Assembly (NCBI GenBank): GCA_046758565.1
Contig: JBHIAO010000001.1
Span: 1 to 62,140 of the forward strand
Direction: 5' to 3'
DNA length: 62,140 nucleotides
DNA from: Anaerolineae bacterium
Lineage (GTDB): Bacteria > Chloroflexota > Anaerolineae > Epilineales > JAANWY01
Below, in pieces: positions 39,815-49,063 of this stretch. The notes below the pieces were generated by a model that had not been told where the DNA came from, did not search any database, and was given only the letters and a program-made list of their open reading frames with translations. Every line of letters starts with the position of its first letter. The first letter of the stretch is position 1. Position numbers and translations under genes: made by a program.

Positions 39815-41263
39815 ATGGTATCTATCATCACCCCCGATTGGGTCAAAGACGCCGTTTTCTATCAGATTTTTCCTGACCGCTTTGCCCGAAGTGACGCTGT
39901 TCCGAAGCCCTCGAACCTGGAACGGTGGGATGATCCGCCCACGCGCCGCGGTTTCAAAGGAGGCGATCTTCTAGGTGTGGTCGAGCGTCTGGACTACCTG
40001 CAGGACCTTGGTGTCACGGCCATTTACTTCAACCCGATTTTCCAATCTGCGGCTAATCATCGCTATCACACCCACGACTACTACCACGTGGACCCGATCC
40101 TGGGGGGCGACGCGGCTTTCCGGCACTTATTAGACACAGCCCACGAGCGCGGTATCCGGATCATCCTCGACGGTGTGTTTAACCACGCCAGCCGGGGTTT
40201 CTACCAGTTTCATCACCTCATGGAGAATGAGGCTGATTCACCTTACGTTGATTGGTTTCAGGTTAAGGGGTTTCCCCTGCACGCGTACGATGAGAGAAAG
40301 CCCCCGAACTACATGGCTTGGTGGAACTTACATGCGCTGCCCAAGCTGAACACGAACACGCCGGCTGTCCGTCAGTTTCTGTGGGACGTAGGCCGGCACT
40401 GGATCGAGTTAGGCGCGGATGGTTGGCGACTGGACGTGCCCGGAGAGATCGACGATGATGAGTTCTGGCGGGAGTTTCGCCGGCAGGTGAAGGAGGCTAA
40501 TCCCGAGGCCTACGTGGTCGGTGAGATCTGGGGCGATGCCACGCGGTGGCTGCAGGGCGATCAGTTTGATGCGACGATGAATTACCTGTTTGCAAAAGCC
40601 TGCCTGGGTTTCTTCATTCGTGACGCGGACCGAGGACTTCTGTCCGGGGTCGGTTATTCGCCCGTGCCTACTCTGGAAGTGGCTGAGTTCGCCGTCACGA
40701 TAGAAAAGATTCTAGCTCTGTATGAGCGAGAGGTCACCGAGGCGCAACTCAACGTGCTGGACAGCCACGACACGGCCCGCTTTCTGACGATTGCGAAGGG
40801 CGATGAATCCGCCTTCCGGCTGGCGACGCTGTTTCAGATGACATACCCCGGCGCGCCCTGCATCTACTACGGCGACGAGATTGGTATGCAGGGGCGTAAG
40901 GACCCCGATTGCCGGCGTGCCTTTCCGTGGGATGAGAGCCGCTGGAACGCCGGGCTCCGCGATTTCGTCAAGCGCTGTATCGCCTTGCGGCACGCTCATC
41001 CGGCCCTGCGTCGGGGCGACTACACCCGGCTGCACGCCAGGGACGAGGTCTACGCGTTTGGCCGGCGGCTGAACAGCGAGACGCTGATCATTGCTCTCAA
41101 CAATGGTCTATCCGAAGCGACGGTGGACATCGACGTGGCAGGGTATTTGCCCGATGGCGCGCTCATGGTTGATGTGTGGGGGGAGGCAGTGGCGACCGCA
41201 GAAGATGGTGAGTTGCCCTTGAGCATCCCGATGCGATCGGGCTGCGTGATGCGGGTTGCGTGA
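39815..41263 (+). CDS. GH13 alpha-amylase-family enzyme (neopullulanase/cyclomaltodextrinase-like)
   Basis: [23 protein letters not shown]. Conserved regions [20 protein letters not shown] and LDSHD. The ORF-track start at 39758 is probably too early. Confidence 0.9.
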   Translation: MVSIITPDWVKDAVFYQIFPDRFARSDAVPKPSNLERWDDPPTRRGFKGGDLLGVVERLDYLQDLGVTAIYFNPIFQSAANHRYHTHDYYHVDPILGGDAAFRHLLDTAHERGIRIILDGVFNHASRGFYQFHHLMENEADSPYVDWFQVKGFPLHAYDERKPPNYMAWWNLHALPKLNTNTPAVRQFLWDVGRHWIELGADGWRLDVPGEIDDDEFWREFRRQVKEANPEAYVVGEIWGDATRWLQGDQFDATMNYLFAKACLGFFIRDADRGLLSGVGYSPVPTLEVAEFAVTIEKILALYEREVTEAQLNVLDSHDTARFLTIAKGDESAFRLATLFQMTYPGAPCIYYGDEIGMQGRKDPDCRRAFPWDESRWNAGLRDFVKRCIALRHAHPALRRGDYTRLHARDEVYAFGRRLNSETLIIALNNGLSEATVDIDVAGYLPDGALMVDVWGEAVATAEDGELPLSIPMRSGCVMRVA

Positions 41264-41286
41264 TCCGGGATGCGTGATGCGTGAAG
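41225..41286. repeat. GGATGCG/GCGTGAT heptamer array, the reverse-complement orientation of the CGCATCC family
   Basis: gctgcgtgat gcgggtt gcgtgat ccgggat gcgtgat gcgtgaa. The amylase stop TGA (41261-41263) is part of a GCGTGAT unit. Confidence 0.8.
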
Positions 41287-41362
41287 TTCTGGGAGAGATG
41301 GCCGCCGGTCTGCTCTCTCGGGACACCCACGAAACCGTCAACTCATCGAAGATCGAATCGTC

Positions 41363-41408
41363 TCTCAAAGTACGAGATCTTTGAGAAATCAGGTATTCGG
41401 TTTATAAT
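41363..41408 (+). promoter_or_regulatory. promoter with an overlapping 8-bp inverted-repeat operator for the wHTH/membrane cassette
   Basis: TCTCAAAG (41363-41370), 8 nt, CTTTGAGA (41379-41386), overlapping the -35 TTGAGA (41381-41386). A 16-nt spacer precedes TATAAT (41403-41408). An AGGAGGTG RBS precedes the ATG at 41442. Confidence 0.55.
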
Positions 41409-41441
41409 AGCACTATCGGTATCGGTCATAGGAGGTGAAAA

Positions 41442-41699
41442 ATGCCTGAACATCTGGGTGCAGCGGCCCGCCAGCTTCTATTGAACCTCTACAATAAAGG
41501 GCCGGCCATGCCGGTTGAGTTGGCGGCTCAGTGCTATTCCTTCCCTGACGAAGTCGCACCCACACTAAAATCCCTTGGGGAAGCGGGCCTTTTAGAAATT
41601 CGACCGGTCGCGGGGAGTCAATTCGGTGGTTCGCTCGTGTACCTAAGCGATCTGGGTCGGTATCGTGTGAGACATGACTTGCTGGGAGGGGGCTCATGA
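41442..41699 (+). CDS. small winged-helix DNA-binding protein (MarR/ArsR-like fold), unassigned family
   Basis: 85 aa. ...MPVELAAQCYSFPDEVAPTLKSLGEAGLLEIRPV... resembles a helix-turn-helix plus wing. Strong RBS. The stop overlaps the next start (ATGA). Confidence 0.6.
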   Translation: MPEHLGAAARQLLLNLYNKGPAMPVELAAQCYSFPDEVAPTLKSLGEAGLLEIRPVAGSQFGGSLVYLSDLGRYRVRHDLLGGGS

Positions 41700-42436
41700 C
41701 ACCGTTTCCGGGGGTGCTGTACGTCGTAACTGCAATCTTTAGCATGATCTGGGCTGCCAGTGAGGTGATTTCAGCGTTTGAAGCCAGCCCAATCCGGGCC
41801 CTTTTCACCCGGGGAGCCTGGCTGCTGATGTTGACCAATGCCTTCTTCGCATGTATAGCGTTAATGGCTGTATTGCAGGTTGTGCCAGATGCGGCTGATA
41901 ACTTGCTGACGGCCTTCGTCGTTGGTTTCGGTTGGCAGACATTGGTGCGAAGTCCGATCAATGTCTTTCGACCACTGCCAGGCGAGCCTGGTGGACAGGG
42001 GCTATCCGTACCTGTGGATGAGATCTACGGGCGAATTCAACACTTTGTGCGCCGATCCATTGATCAATCCCTGGCTCGCGACAGAACAAAACTGCTGACG
42101 GAAGCGTTGTCACTGGATGTAGCGACGATGAAGCAGCAGGTTCAGTTGATGAGCTACGGGCTGACAGAAATGGATCCTGAAGAGGTTCAGAATTGGCTGC
42201 GTGCGATGGAAAGCCGGCCGATGACGGACGACGAGCGCAAGATGCTCCTGGCCAGCAAAGTGATTGAGACCAGCGGCGTTGAAGGACTGAAACAGTTAAT
42301 CAAGACTCATGCGAAGAAAGTAGAGCAGCCTGCTGCACCTGTAGTCGCGGCGCCGGCAACCATCGCATCAGACGGCGCCAGTGCGGAAACTGTCGACACC
42401 CCAGGACGTGAAGAGGTAGAAGCGGAAGCGGTTTGA
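41696..42436 (+). CDS. membrane protein (3 N-terminal TM segments plus a charged helical tail), unknown family
   Basis: 246 aa. Translationally coupled to the wHTH gene. The Ala/Pro/Glu-rich C-terminus matches no motif I recognise. Confidence 0.55.
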   Translation: MTPFPGVLYVVTAIFSMIWAASEVISAFEASPIRALFTRGAWLLMLTNAFFACIALMAVLQVVPDAADNLLTAFVVGFGWQTLVRSPINVFRPLPGEPGGQGLSVPVDEIYGRIQHFVRRSIDQSLARDRTKLLTEALSLDVATMKQQVQLMSYGLTEMDPEEVQNWLRAMESRPMTDDERKMLLASKVIETSGVEGLKQLIKTHAKKVEQPAAPVVAAPATIASDGASAETVDTPGREEVEAEAV

Positions 42437-42440
42437 GCAG

Positions 42441-42547
42441 AGGTGCAGGGGAGCCAGGGTGAGGGGGAGAAGGGGAGACAAGGAGACACGGAGAGAATCG
42501 ACCGAGCTCCTTGTCTCCCCTTCTCCGTGTCTCCTTGTCCCCTTGTC
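42441..42547. repeat. GGGGAGA/CAAGGAG-family hairpin between convergent genes
   Basis: Left arm ...gagggggagaaggggagacaaggagacacggagag, loop aatcgaccgag, right arm ctccttgtctccccttctccgtgtctccttgtccccttgtc. Confidence 0.85.
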
Positions 42548-42561
42548 GCAGATGGTGGTCG

Positions 42562-43191
42562 TCACTGGGCGCTGGCGCGCTTGAGTTCCTGGAGGTAGGG
42601 CCGGCTGGTGAGCAGGTGCACCAACTCGTCGAAGAAGGTGTCTCGCTCCTCGGCCGGCGGATAGTTGATGATCCGCATGTACGTGGACTCGCAACCGTTG
42701 ATGACCAGCGTCGGCACGCCAAAAGCCCCCACTTCCCGACCGCTGAGGTAGTCGTCTCGCAATCGGTCACGCGCTTCCTGGGACTGCCAGTTATCCGTGA
42801 ACGCGTCCAGATCCAGCTCGGCCTGACGAGCGGCATCAAGAATCACTTCTGGGTCAGAGATGCTTTTCTTTTGGTCATGTCTGGCACTGAACAGCGCCAG
42901 GCGGAAGCAAGCAAAGGCTTCTTCACCCTGCAGAGAGGCCGCGTGGGATGCCAGAAAGGCCCGCAGCGCCCGGCTGGAATGCGGATCATCCCAGATCGTT
43001 TCATAGTCCAGTGGCTGCTCCCACAACTTCCAGTTCTCGTCTTTGGCGTTCACCTGTTCAAGGGGAAAGTGTCGCCACATTACATGCACGTTCGGCCTGG
43101 TGCGCTGCATCTCAGTGAACAACTGAACACCCCGGTAAGCGAACGGACAGAGATAGTCAAAGTACACAACCGCTTCAATTGTATCAGACAT
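42562..43191 (-). CDS. DsbA-family thioredoxin-fold protein (single-Cys active site)
   Basis: 209 aa. VVYFDYLCPFAYRG sits at the active-site position, and a helical insertion follows, as in DSBA-like proteins. Confidence 0.7.
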   Translation of the reverse strand: MSDTIEAVVYFDYLCPFAYRGVQLFTEMQRTRPNVHVMWRHFPLEQVNAKDENWKLWEQPLDYETIWDDPHSSRALRAFLASHAASLQGEEAFACFRLALFSARHDQKKSISDPEVILDAARQAELDLDAFTDNWQSQEARDRLRDDYLSGREVGAFGVPTLVINGCESTYMRIINYPPAEERDTFFDELVHLLTSRPYLQELKRASAQ

Positions 43192-43309
43192 ACGCTTCTG
43201 CTCTCCAATCTCAGTAGATCACAATTTGCTCCTGCTGTGTCAAACCTGATTATAGGTTCAGGGTGCTTCTGCGTCAATGCGCCTGTTCGCGTGGTGGCAG
43301 CAAATCAGG

Positions 43310-43382
43310 GTAGGGGCGAGGCAAGTCGGAGAGCAGGTTCATTATGCTCATGAGCCATCAATCCGACTTGCCTCGCCCCTAC
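43310..43382. repeat. perfect 21-bp inverted repeat (GTAGGGGCGAGGCAAGTCGGA ... TCCGACTTGCCTCGCCCCTAC) with a 31-nt spacer
   Basis: Arms at 43310-43330 and 43362-43382. Located in the divergent promoter region between the DsbA-like gene and phnD. Confidence 0.85.
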
Positions 43383-43611
43383 AAGGATTCTTGCGTACGG
43401 CAGAAAAATGTTGTATCATACAAGCAGCATAGCACATTGCTGGTGAGCGCCATCCGATAAGGTAGCAAACTGACCGTTCGACGAACACGAGGGTCTCCGG
43501 ACGAGGGGAGGTGGTGTCTCTAGAACGCAGTGCAACTATCGACCACCTGTTGAAGTTTCCTGATTGACCTTTCCAGGTTTGTGATGCTTCCACAAAGGAG
43601 GAGAATCCATC

Positions 43612-44694
43612 ATGAAGAAACTGTATCCTGTCTGGCTGTCGCTCATCATTCTCACGTTGGTTGCGCTTGGGTGTGTCGCGCCGGCGGCGCCGCCGACACC
43701 CACTCCGGTCCCGCCGACGCCTGCACCGCCACCCCTGGGCTCCGCGGAGCGACCCGTCCAGGTCTACTTTGTGCCTTCGGCGGAGATCGACCAAATTGTC
43801 GCAGGTGGCGAGATCATGCGCCAGGCCTTGGAGGAGACCACAGGCCTCAAGTTCGAGGTCTTTGTGCCCACTTCCTATGCAGCCGCCATTGAGGGCATGT
43901 GCGCCGCGCCGGCGGACACCATGGGCTTCCCCGCCACCCTGGCCTACATAGTAGCAAATGCCCGCTGCGGGGTTGACGTCTCGATGATGTCGATCCGCTT
44001 CGGCTGGGACAAGTACTGGGCCCAGTACATCGTGCCCCGCGACAGCGACATTCAGACCTTCGATGACCTGAACGGAAAGAAGTGGGGGTTCACTGATGCC
44101 ACCTCCACCTCCGGCCATCTGATCCCCCTGATCGAGCTACAGGGAGCTGGAGTCGAAGTGGCTGAGAAGGTCCAGACCGGCGGGCACCCCCAGGCCGTCC
44201 TGGCGGTCTATAACGGCGAGGTTGACTTTGCCACTACCTACTACAGCCCGCCCCTCGTGCCCGAGGGTGAACCTGCGTGGCAGCCGGGCGATGACCCGGA
44301 GCCTTTTGCGAGTATCCTGGATGAGTGTGGCGTGACTGAGGACGGCAAGAAGCTGATGTGCGGCGACTACCGTGTCCTGGATGCGCGTTCGGCCAGTGGC
44401 GTGCGCAGTGTAGCACCCGACGTGGTCCAGCAAGTCCGCATCGTCGCTCTCTCGCGAGCTATCCCCAACGACAACCTGGCCTTCGGCCCGGACTTCCCGC
44501 CCGACGTGCGCAAGCAGATCGAGGAAGCGCTCCTGGAGTTCAAGGAAACCGAGGGTTGGGATGCGTCCATTGGCGATTTCTATGCCTGGAGTGATATGAG
44601 GCCGGCCACCGATCAAGAGTACGACGTGGTCCGCGATATCATCGAAGCGGCCGGCTACTCGATGGATGACATCGTCGGGTTCCTGGAGGAGTAG
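43612..44694 (+). CDS. phnD: phosphonate/phosphite ABC transporter substrate-binding lipoprotein
   Basis: MKKLYPVWLSLIILTLVALGC lipobox. ...YWAQYIVPRDSDIQTFDDLNGKKWGFTDATSTSGHLIP is the PhnD core. Followed by phnC and phnE. Confidence 0.85.
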   Translation: MKKLYPVWLSLIILTLVALGCVAPAAPPTPTPVPPTPAPPPLGSAERPVQVYFVPSAEIDQIVAGGEIMRQALEETTGLKFEVFVPTSYAAAIEGMCAAPADTMGFPATLAYIVANARCGVDVSMMSIRFGWDKYWAQYIVPRDSDIQTFDDLNGKKWGFTDATSTSGHLIPLIELQGAGVEVAEKVQTGGHPQAVLAVYNGEVDFATTYYSPPLVPEGEPAWQPGDDPEPFASILDECGVTEDGKKLMCGDYRVLDARSASGVRSVAPDVVQQVRIVALSRAIPNDNLAFGPDFPPDVRKQIEEALLEFKETEGWDASIGDFYAWSDMRPATDQEYDVVRDIIEAAGYSMDDIVGFLEE

Positions 44695-44725
44695 GCGCAC
44701 CGGCGAATCAAGGGGGCTTCACCGA

Positions 44726-44762
44726 CCAACGACGAACGACCAACACCGTCGTTCGTCGTTGG
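44726..44762. repeat. CGACGAA-family heptamer hairpin after phnD
   Basis: 15-bp perfect stem: CCAACGACGAACGAC (44726-44740), loop caacacc, GTCGTTCGTCGTTGG (44748-44762). Confidence 0.85.
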
Positions 44763-44995
44763 CCATTCGTCGCCCATCGCTATGAGGTGCAGAAATAAAA
44801 CCGCCTCGGCTATCCAGGTTATGGCCCCCTGAGAGGAGCATTCAACCACCTGGCGCGCGCCCCACAGCCGGGCACTCTTTTCGCCGAGGGGAAACGTTGA
44901 TCGCCTGGTCCCCGCATGCAGGGATCAGTGACCCGTTTTTTTGTTCAATGCTATTTTGGCACAGAGATGGCGAAAAGTCAACCGGGAAAGCTCCA

Positions 44996-45754
44996 ATGCT
45001 GAAAGTGGAACACCTCACCAAGATCTACGAAGACGGTACACGCGCCCTGCACGACGTCAGCTTCGAGGTGCCCGACGGCCAATTTCTGGTGATTATTGGC
45101 CTAAGTGGCTCGGGGAAGTCTACCCTGCTGCGCTGCATCAACCGCCTGATCGAGCCCACCGAAGGGCGTGTGATGTGGAACGACATCGACATCACCGCCG
45201 CCCCCCAGGAGGAATTGCGCCGGATCCGCCGCCGGATCGGGATGATCTTCCAGCATTTCAACCTGGTGAAGCGCTCCAAGGTGATCACCAACGTGCTGGC
45301 CGGCCGGCTGGGATATACCAACCCGGCCTGGAGCCTGTTCAATCACTTTCCCAAGGCCGATGTGGCGCTGGGGCTTCAAAGTCTCGAGCGGGTGGGGATC
45401 GCGGATCAGGCCCATAAGCGGGCGGACGAACTGAGCGGCGGCCAGCAGCAGCGGGTGGGGATCGCGAGGGCTCTAATGCAGAACCCGGAACTGATGCTGG
45501 TGGACGAACCCGTCTCCGCATTGGACCCCGCCACCTCACACTCCATCATGCGTTATCTGGACCAATTGAACAAGGAGGATGGCGTGACCATTGTGTGCAG
45601 CCTCCACTTCCTGAGCCTGGCCCGCGCCTACGCAGATCGTATCATCGCCCTCAAGGACGGGCGCATGGTCTTCGACGGCCCGCCCGAGGAAATCGACGAC
45701 GCTCGCTTCCGCGAGATCTACGGCGAGGAAGCCGAGCAGGTGGAGATCAGGTGA
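44996..45754 (+). CDS. phnC: phosphonate ABC transporter ATP-binding protein
   Basis: MLKVEHLTKIY..., [32 protein letters not shown]. The ORF-track start at 44897 is an upstream extension. Confidence 0.9.
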   Translation: MLKVEHLTKIYEDGTRALHDVSFEVPDGQFLVIIGLSGSGKSTLLRCINRLIEPTEGRVMWNDIDITAAPQEELRRIRRRIGMIFQHFNLVKRSKVITNVLAGRLGYTNPAWSLFNHFPKADVALGLQSLERVGIADQAHKRADELSGGQQQRVGIARALMQNPELMLVDEPVSALDPATSHSIMRYLDQLNKEDGVTIVCSLHFLSLARAYADRIIALKDGRMVFDGPPEEIDDARFREIYGEEAEQVEIR

Positions 45755-45848
45755 CCAGTAATCAGTAAACAGTGATCAGTAAACAGTTAACAGTGATCTT
45801 ATCTGACCACTGACTACTGATCACTGTTTACTGATCACTGTTTACTGG
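45747..45848. repeat. CAGTRAW-family heptamer hairpin between phnC and phnE
   Basis: The left arm tcaggtgaccagtaatcagtaaacagtgatcagtaaacagttaacagtgatc faces the right arm cactgactactgatcactgtttactgatcactgtttactgg. The phnC TGA (45752-45754) lies in the first unit. Confidence 0.9.
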
Positions 45849-45869
45849 CCTTGCCCTACCTAGAGCTGA

Positions 45870-47696
45870 ATGACAGTGACAAGACCCAGGCCGCTTGTGC
45901 GTACCATCGTCTACGTTGGCCTCATTCTTGCGGGCGTCCTCATCTACGCTTACGGTTGGCAGGTCACCGACATCAATCTGGAAGAGCCACGGGAGGCTCG
46001 TCGCCAGCAACAGGTCACGCGTGCCCTGCGCGGATTGCTCAGCCCAGACCTGTTCGAGCGGGACACCGAAAGCCAGATCGCCTACGCTCACTTCCTGGTG
46101 CCCTGTACCGATACCCCGCCTCCCCAACCCAAAACCGCAGCGGGCCAGCCTTACGTCAGGCTATCGCCTGAATGCGGAGCGGTCAGGGAAACGATAACCA
46201 TCGAGGGATTCAACTTCCGACCTTACAGTGGCGGCTTCGTTCGTTGGGCACCGCCTGGCGGCAGTGCCCGGTCTCTGGGCAGGGTCAGGACCGATGGCGA
46301 CGGACATTTCAAGAATCAACTCAGAGTTCCCTCTGTAAGCGAGAGTGAGGAGGCACAGATCATCGAAGCCGAGATCGTATGGCCTGTGGGCATGCCGCGC
46401 CCCAGCCAGGCGCTCAAGATGACCTTCGAGCGAATGGTCGAGACCATTTTCCTGGCCCTGATGGCAACCACGCTGGCCATTGTGCTCGCCATCCCGCTCA
46501 GTTTCATCGCCGCATACAACCTGATGCGCCAGATCCGAATGCCTCTGGGCGGCTTCCTGGCGGCCCTGCTGCCCCTCCCGCTTGGCTGGATATTGGGCCG
46601 GCAGGCCTTTCAGCCGGTGAATGAGTTAGCCCTCGGCCTCGGGAGCACGGGTTGGGTCGGTGTTCCCATCCTGGCGGTAGTCGTTGCCGGTCTGTACTTC
46701 ATCACGACCGAACACATGCCGCGCCTGGGCGAAATCCCGAGCCAGAGACCGTGGCTGGCCGGCCTGGCACGCTACGCGCGGATGATGCTTCTCGTTGTCC
46801 TCTTCCTGTTCGTGAGTGGCCTCGTCTCAGGGATTGGGGTACAGGTCAGCCTGGCCCTGAGCGAGGTGTTGGGCGGTATCCTGGGCAACATCCTGGGCAC
46901 GTTGGCCGAGCTGCTAGGCTTGCTCCTGCCTGCCTTTGGTGGACTGGCCGGCATGCTTGTGTTGGGCTCCCTGGCCAGCACTTTGCTCGGCGCCCTGCTG
47001 GATCGGGCCAACAGCCCGCTCATTCAGCGTGTGCTGGGCCTGGTACTGGGTGCGCTGGCCGGCAGCCTGCTCTTCTTCCTGGTCTACCGGGGCGTCTACG
47101 ACTTCTACAATCCCGGCGAGCCGGTGCCCTTCCTGACGACCTTCACCGCCGGCGGGGCCGTGGTGGGGGGTATTCTCGGCCTCATCTTGCGCGCCGACTA
47201 TGACCTCCCGGTCGGATTGCTCACTTACTACTCCACGCGGACCATTCTTAACGTCCTGCGCTCCGTCGAGCCGCTGATCATGGCCATCGTCTTTGCCATC
47301 TGGGTGGGCATTGGCCCCTTCGCCGGGGTAATGGCCCTCACCCTGCACTCCATCGCCGCCCTGGGCAAGCTCTACTCCGAGCAGGTGGAGAGCATTGACC
47401 CCGGTCCCATCGAGGCCATCACCGCCACCGGCGCCACCCGCCTGCAGACCATCGTCTACGGGGTCGTCCCCCAGATTGTGCCCCCCTATATCGCCTTCAC
47501 GCTCTATCGCTGGGACATCAACGTGCGCATGTCCACCATCATCGGCTTTGTCGGCGGTGGAGGCATCGGCCAAATCCTTAAGCAGTGGATCGACCTGTTG
47601 CAATATTCTCAGGCGGGCGTCGCTACGCTGGCCATCGCCATCGTGGTGGCCACCCTGGACTATGTGAGCGCCCAGGTGAGGGAGCGGATTGTCTGA
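45870..47696 (+). CDS. phnE: phosphonate ABC transporter permease, expanded form
   Basis: 608 aa. The C-terminal 200 or so residues carry the PhnE core (EAITATGATRLQTIVYGVVPQ...GFVGGGGIGQ). The N-terminal half adds a TM segment, a roughly 150-aa extracytoplasmic segment and extra TM helices. Confidence 0.8.
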   Translation: MTVTRPRPLVRTIVYVGLILAGVLIYAYGWQVTDINLEEPREARRQQQVTRALRGLLSPDLFERDTESQIAYAHFLVPCTDTPPPQPKTAAGQPYVRLSPECGAVRETITIEGFNFRPYSGGFVRWAPPGGSARSLGRVRTDGDGHFKNQLRVPSVSESEEAQIIEAEIVWPVGMPRPSQALKMTFERMVETIFLALMATTLAIVLAIPLSFIAAYNLMRQIRMPLGGFLAALLPLPLGWILGRQAFQPVNELALGLGSTGWVGVPILAVVVAGLYFITTEHMPRLGEIPSQRPWLAGLARYARMMLLVVLFLFVSGLVSGIGVQVSLALSEVLGGILGNILGTLAELLGLLLPAFGGLAGMLVLGSLASTLLGALLDRANSPLIQRVLGLVLGALAGSLLFFLVYRGVYDFYNPGEPVPFLTTFTAGGAVVGGILGLILRADYDLPVGLLTYYSTRTILNVLRSVEPLIMAIVFAIWVGIGPFAGVMALTLHSIAALGKLYSEQVESIDPGPIEAITATGATRLQTIVYGVVPQIVPPYIAFTLYRWDINVRMSTIIGFVGGGGIGQILKQWIDLLQYSQAGVATLAIAIVVATLDYVSAQVRERIV

Positions 47697-47697
47697 A

Positions 47698-47741
47698 GCT
47701 AAAGAGGAACTTAGGGGAACTGTGAGGAACTAGAGGGAAGC
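47698..47741. repeat. GGGGAACT-family array (single arm) after phnE
   Basis: gctaaagaggaacttaggggaactgtgaggaactagagggaagc begins 2 nt after the phnE stop. Confidence 0.7.
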
Positions 47742-47879
47742 TTTGACCACGGTCAGCTCCCCGATTCTACTCTTGGCGCTCAACGTTGCAGACCTACAAC
47801 ATCTGGCGTCGCGGACTGTCGTCCGCTTAGAGCCCCCCACTAATCTGCGAAGATCCATGAAGATGTAGTGTCAACCCTA

Positions 47880-48866
47880 TCACGTCCCGAGATAGGTCGC
47901 TGCGATTATTTGCAGAAAGTTGAAGCCGGCATGGACTAGAATTGCGGCTGTGGTGTTGATGCGATTTCGGGTTAGCCCCAGGCCATACCCGACGACGAAG
48001 ATCCCGATGAGAGCCGGCGACAGGCCGTACTGGGCGTGGGCGAAGGTGAAGAGCAGTGTCGTCAGGAGAAGTCCGAAACGCGGTTGCAGCGCGCCACGGA
48101 ACAGTAGCTCCTCGCCGATGCCGGCTGCCAGTCCGACGGTGAGCGCCCCCAGCGGCGAGAGAAACGAGCTGATAAATGCATCGGTGAGCCCGCCGACCCG
48201 CTCGTAGCCGGCAGGGTCCAGGAATTGCCAGGCCAGCGAGATCCCCACCTCGACGGCCAACAGGAGGACGAGAGCACCGCCGGTCCACGCTAATTGCCGG
48301 CCAGTCACTCCGCGAACTTTCAGCCGCTCCCAGGTCTCATGCCAGTCCCGCCGCGCATAGAGCCCCACCCCGACGACGGCCGTCGCGGCAAAGAACAGCC
48401 CCATCAACCAGGCATCCGTCAGACGAAGTTGACCTAAGACCTGTTGAGCCAGTGCCTCACTTTCAGCCAAGGCGTTGATGATGGGCCAACTGGCCAGCGT
48501 GTTGCCCACAAGGTAAACGGCGTACACCAGAGCGGTGGTATGCACTAACGAGTTGGGGTCAATGGAAATCACGCGTGCCAGCAGCCGGCGTGCCAAAGGC
48601 ATCAGGGGAATGAAGGCCGCGAAGCCCGTGACCAACACTGCCAGTCCAACGCTGCGGAAGTCAATCGGGGGGACCTCCGCCGGTATCGGGACTGCCGATT
48701 GCGATAGCAGTTGGCCGGCGATGACCATCAGCAGCCCGATCACTAGCAGGAGCAGGTTGATCAAGCCTAGCATGACCAACATCAGGTAGCGAGCGCCCGT
48801 CTGCTGCTCGCTGTAGTTGGCGAGCCACGCGCCCAGGATGAAAGGTGTCAGGATCAAGATTTCCAT
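47880..48866 (-). CDS. CPBP-family intramembrane glutamic protease (CAAX-protease-like)
   Basis: 328 aa, polytopic. Motifs GIGEELLFRG, FAHAQY and HAGFNF. Confidence 0.8.
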   Translation of the reverse strand: MEILILTPFILGAWLANYSEQQTGARYLMLVMLGLINLLLLVIGLLMVIAGQLLSQSAVPIPAEVPPIDFRSVGLAVLVTGFAAFIPLMPLARRLLARVISIDPNSLVHTTALVYAVYLVGNTLASWPIINALAESEALAQQVLGQLRLTDAWLMGLFFAATAVVGVGLYARRDWHETWERLKVRGVTGRQLAWTGGALVLLLAVEVGISLAWQFLDPAGYERVGGLTDAFISSFLSPLGALTVGLAAGIGEELLFRGALQPRFGLLLTTLLFTFAHAQYGLSPALIGIFVVGYGLGLTRNRINTTAAILVHAGFNFLQIIAATYLGT

Positions 48867-49018
48867 TGTTTTTTAATCTTCACTCAACAACACGGCAGAT
48901 CAACCCCTTCAGATACTCGCCCTCCGGAAAAGATAGCCTGAACGGGTGGTCGGGGGGCTGGGTGAGTTTCTCAAGCACCAGGGCATCGCGGCCGGCATCG
49001 ACGGCTGCGCCTGCGAGC

Positions 49019-49048
49019 TTGCCAAGATCATCCATCATTATATATAAT
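49019..49048 (+). promoter_or_regulatory. sigma-70-type promoter of the CitE-like gene
   Basis: TTGCCA (49019-49024), 18 nt, TATAAT (49043-49048). The ATG is at 49064. Confidence 0.5.
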
Positions 49049-49063
49049 GTACTCAACCTGTCA

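Noticed and set aside
41413-41961. 182-aa minus-strand ORF overlapping the wHTH/membrane cassette.
   Set aside because: It has no RBS and runs antisense to two coupled genes with good translation signals. Its composition is non-descript.
48845-49063. 73-codon upstream extension of the CitE-like ORF, and the 44897-44995 extension of phnC.
   Set aside because: The CitE extension overlaps the divergent CPBP gene and contains the predicted promoter. Family-typical N-termini start at 49064 (MMSRLRRSLLFSPGD) and 44996 (MLKVEHLTKIY).
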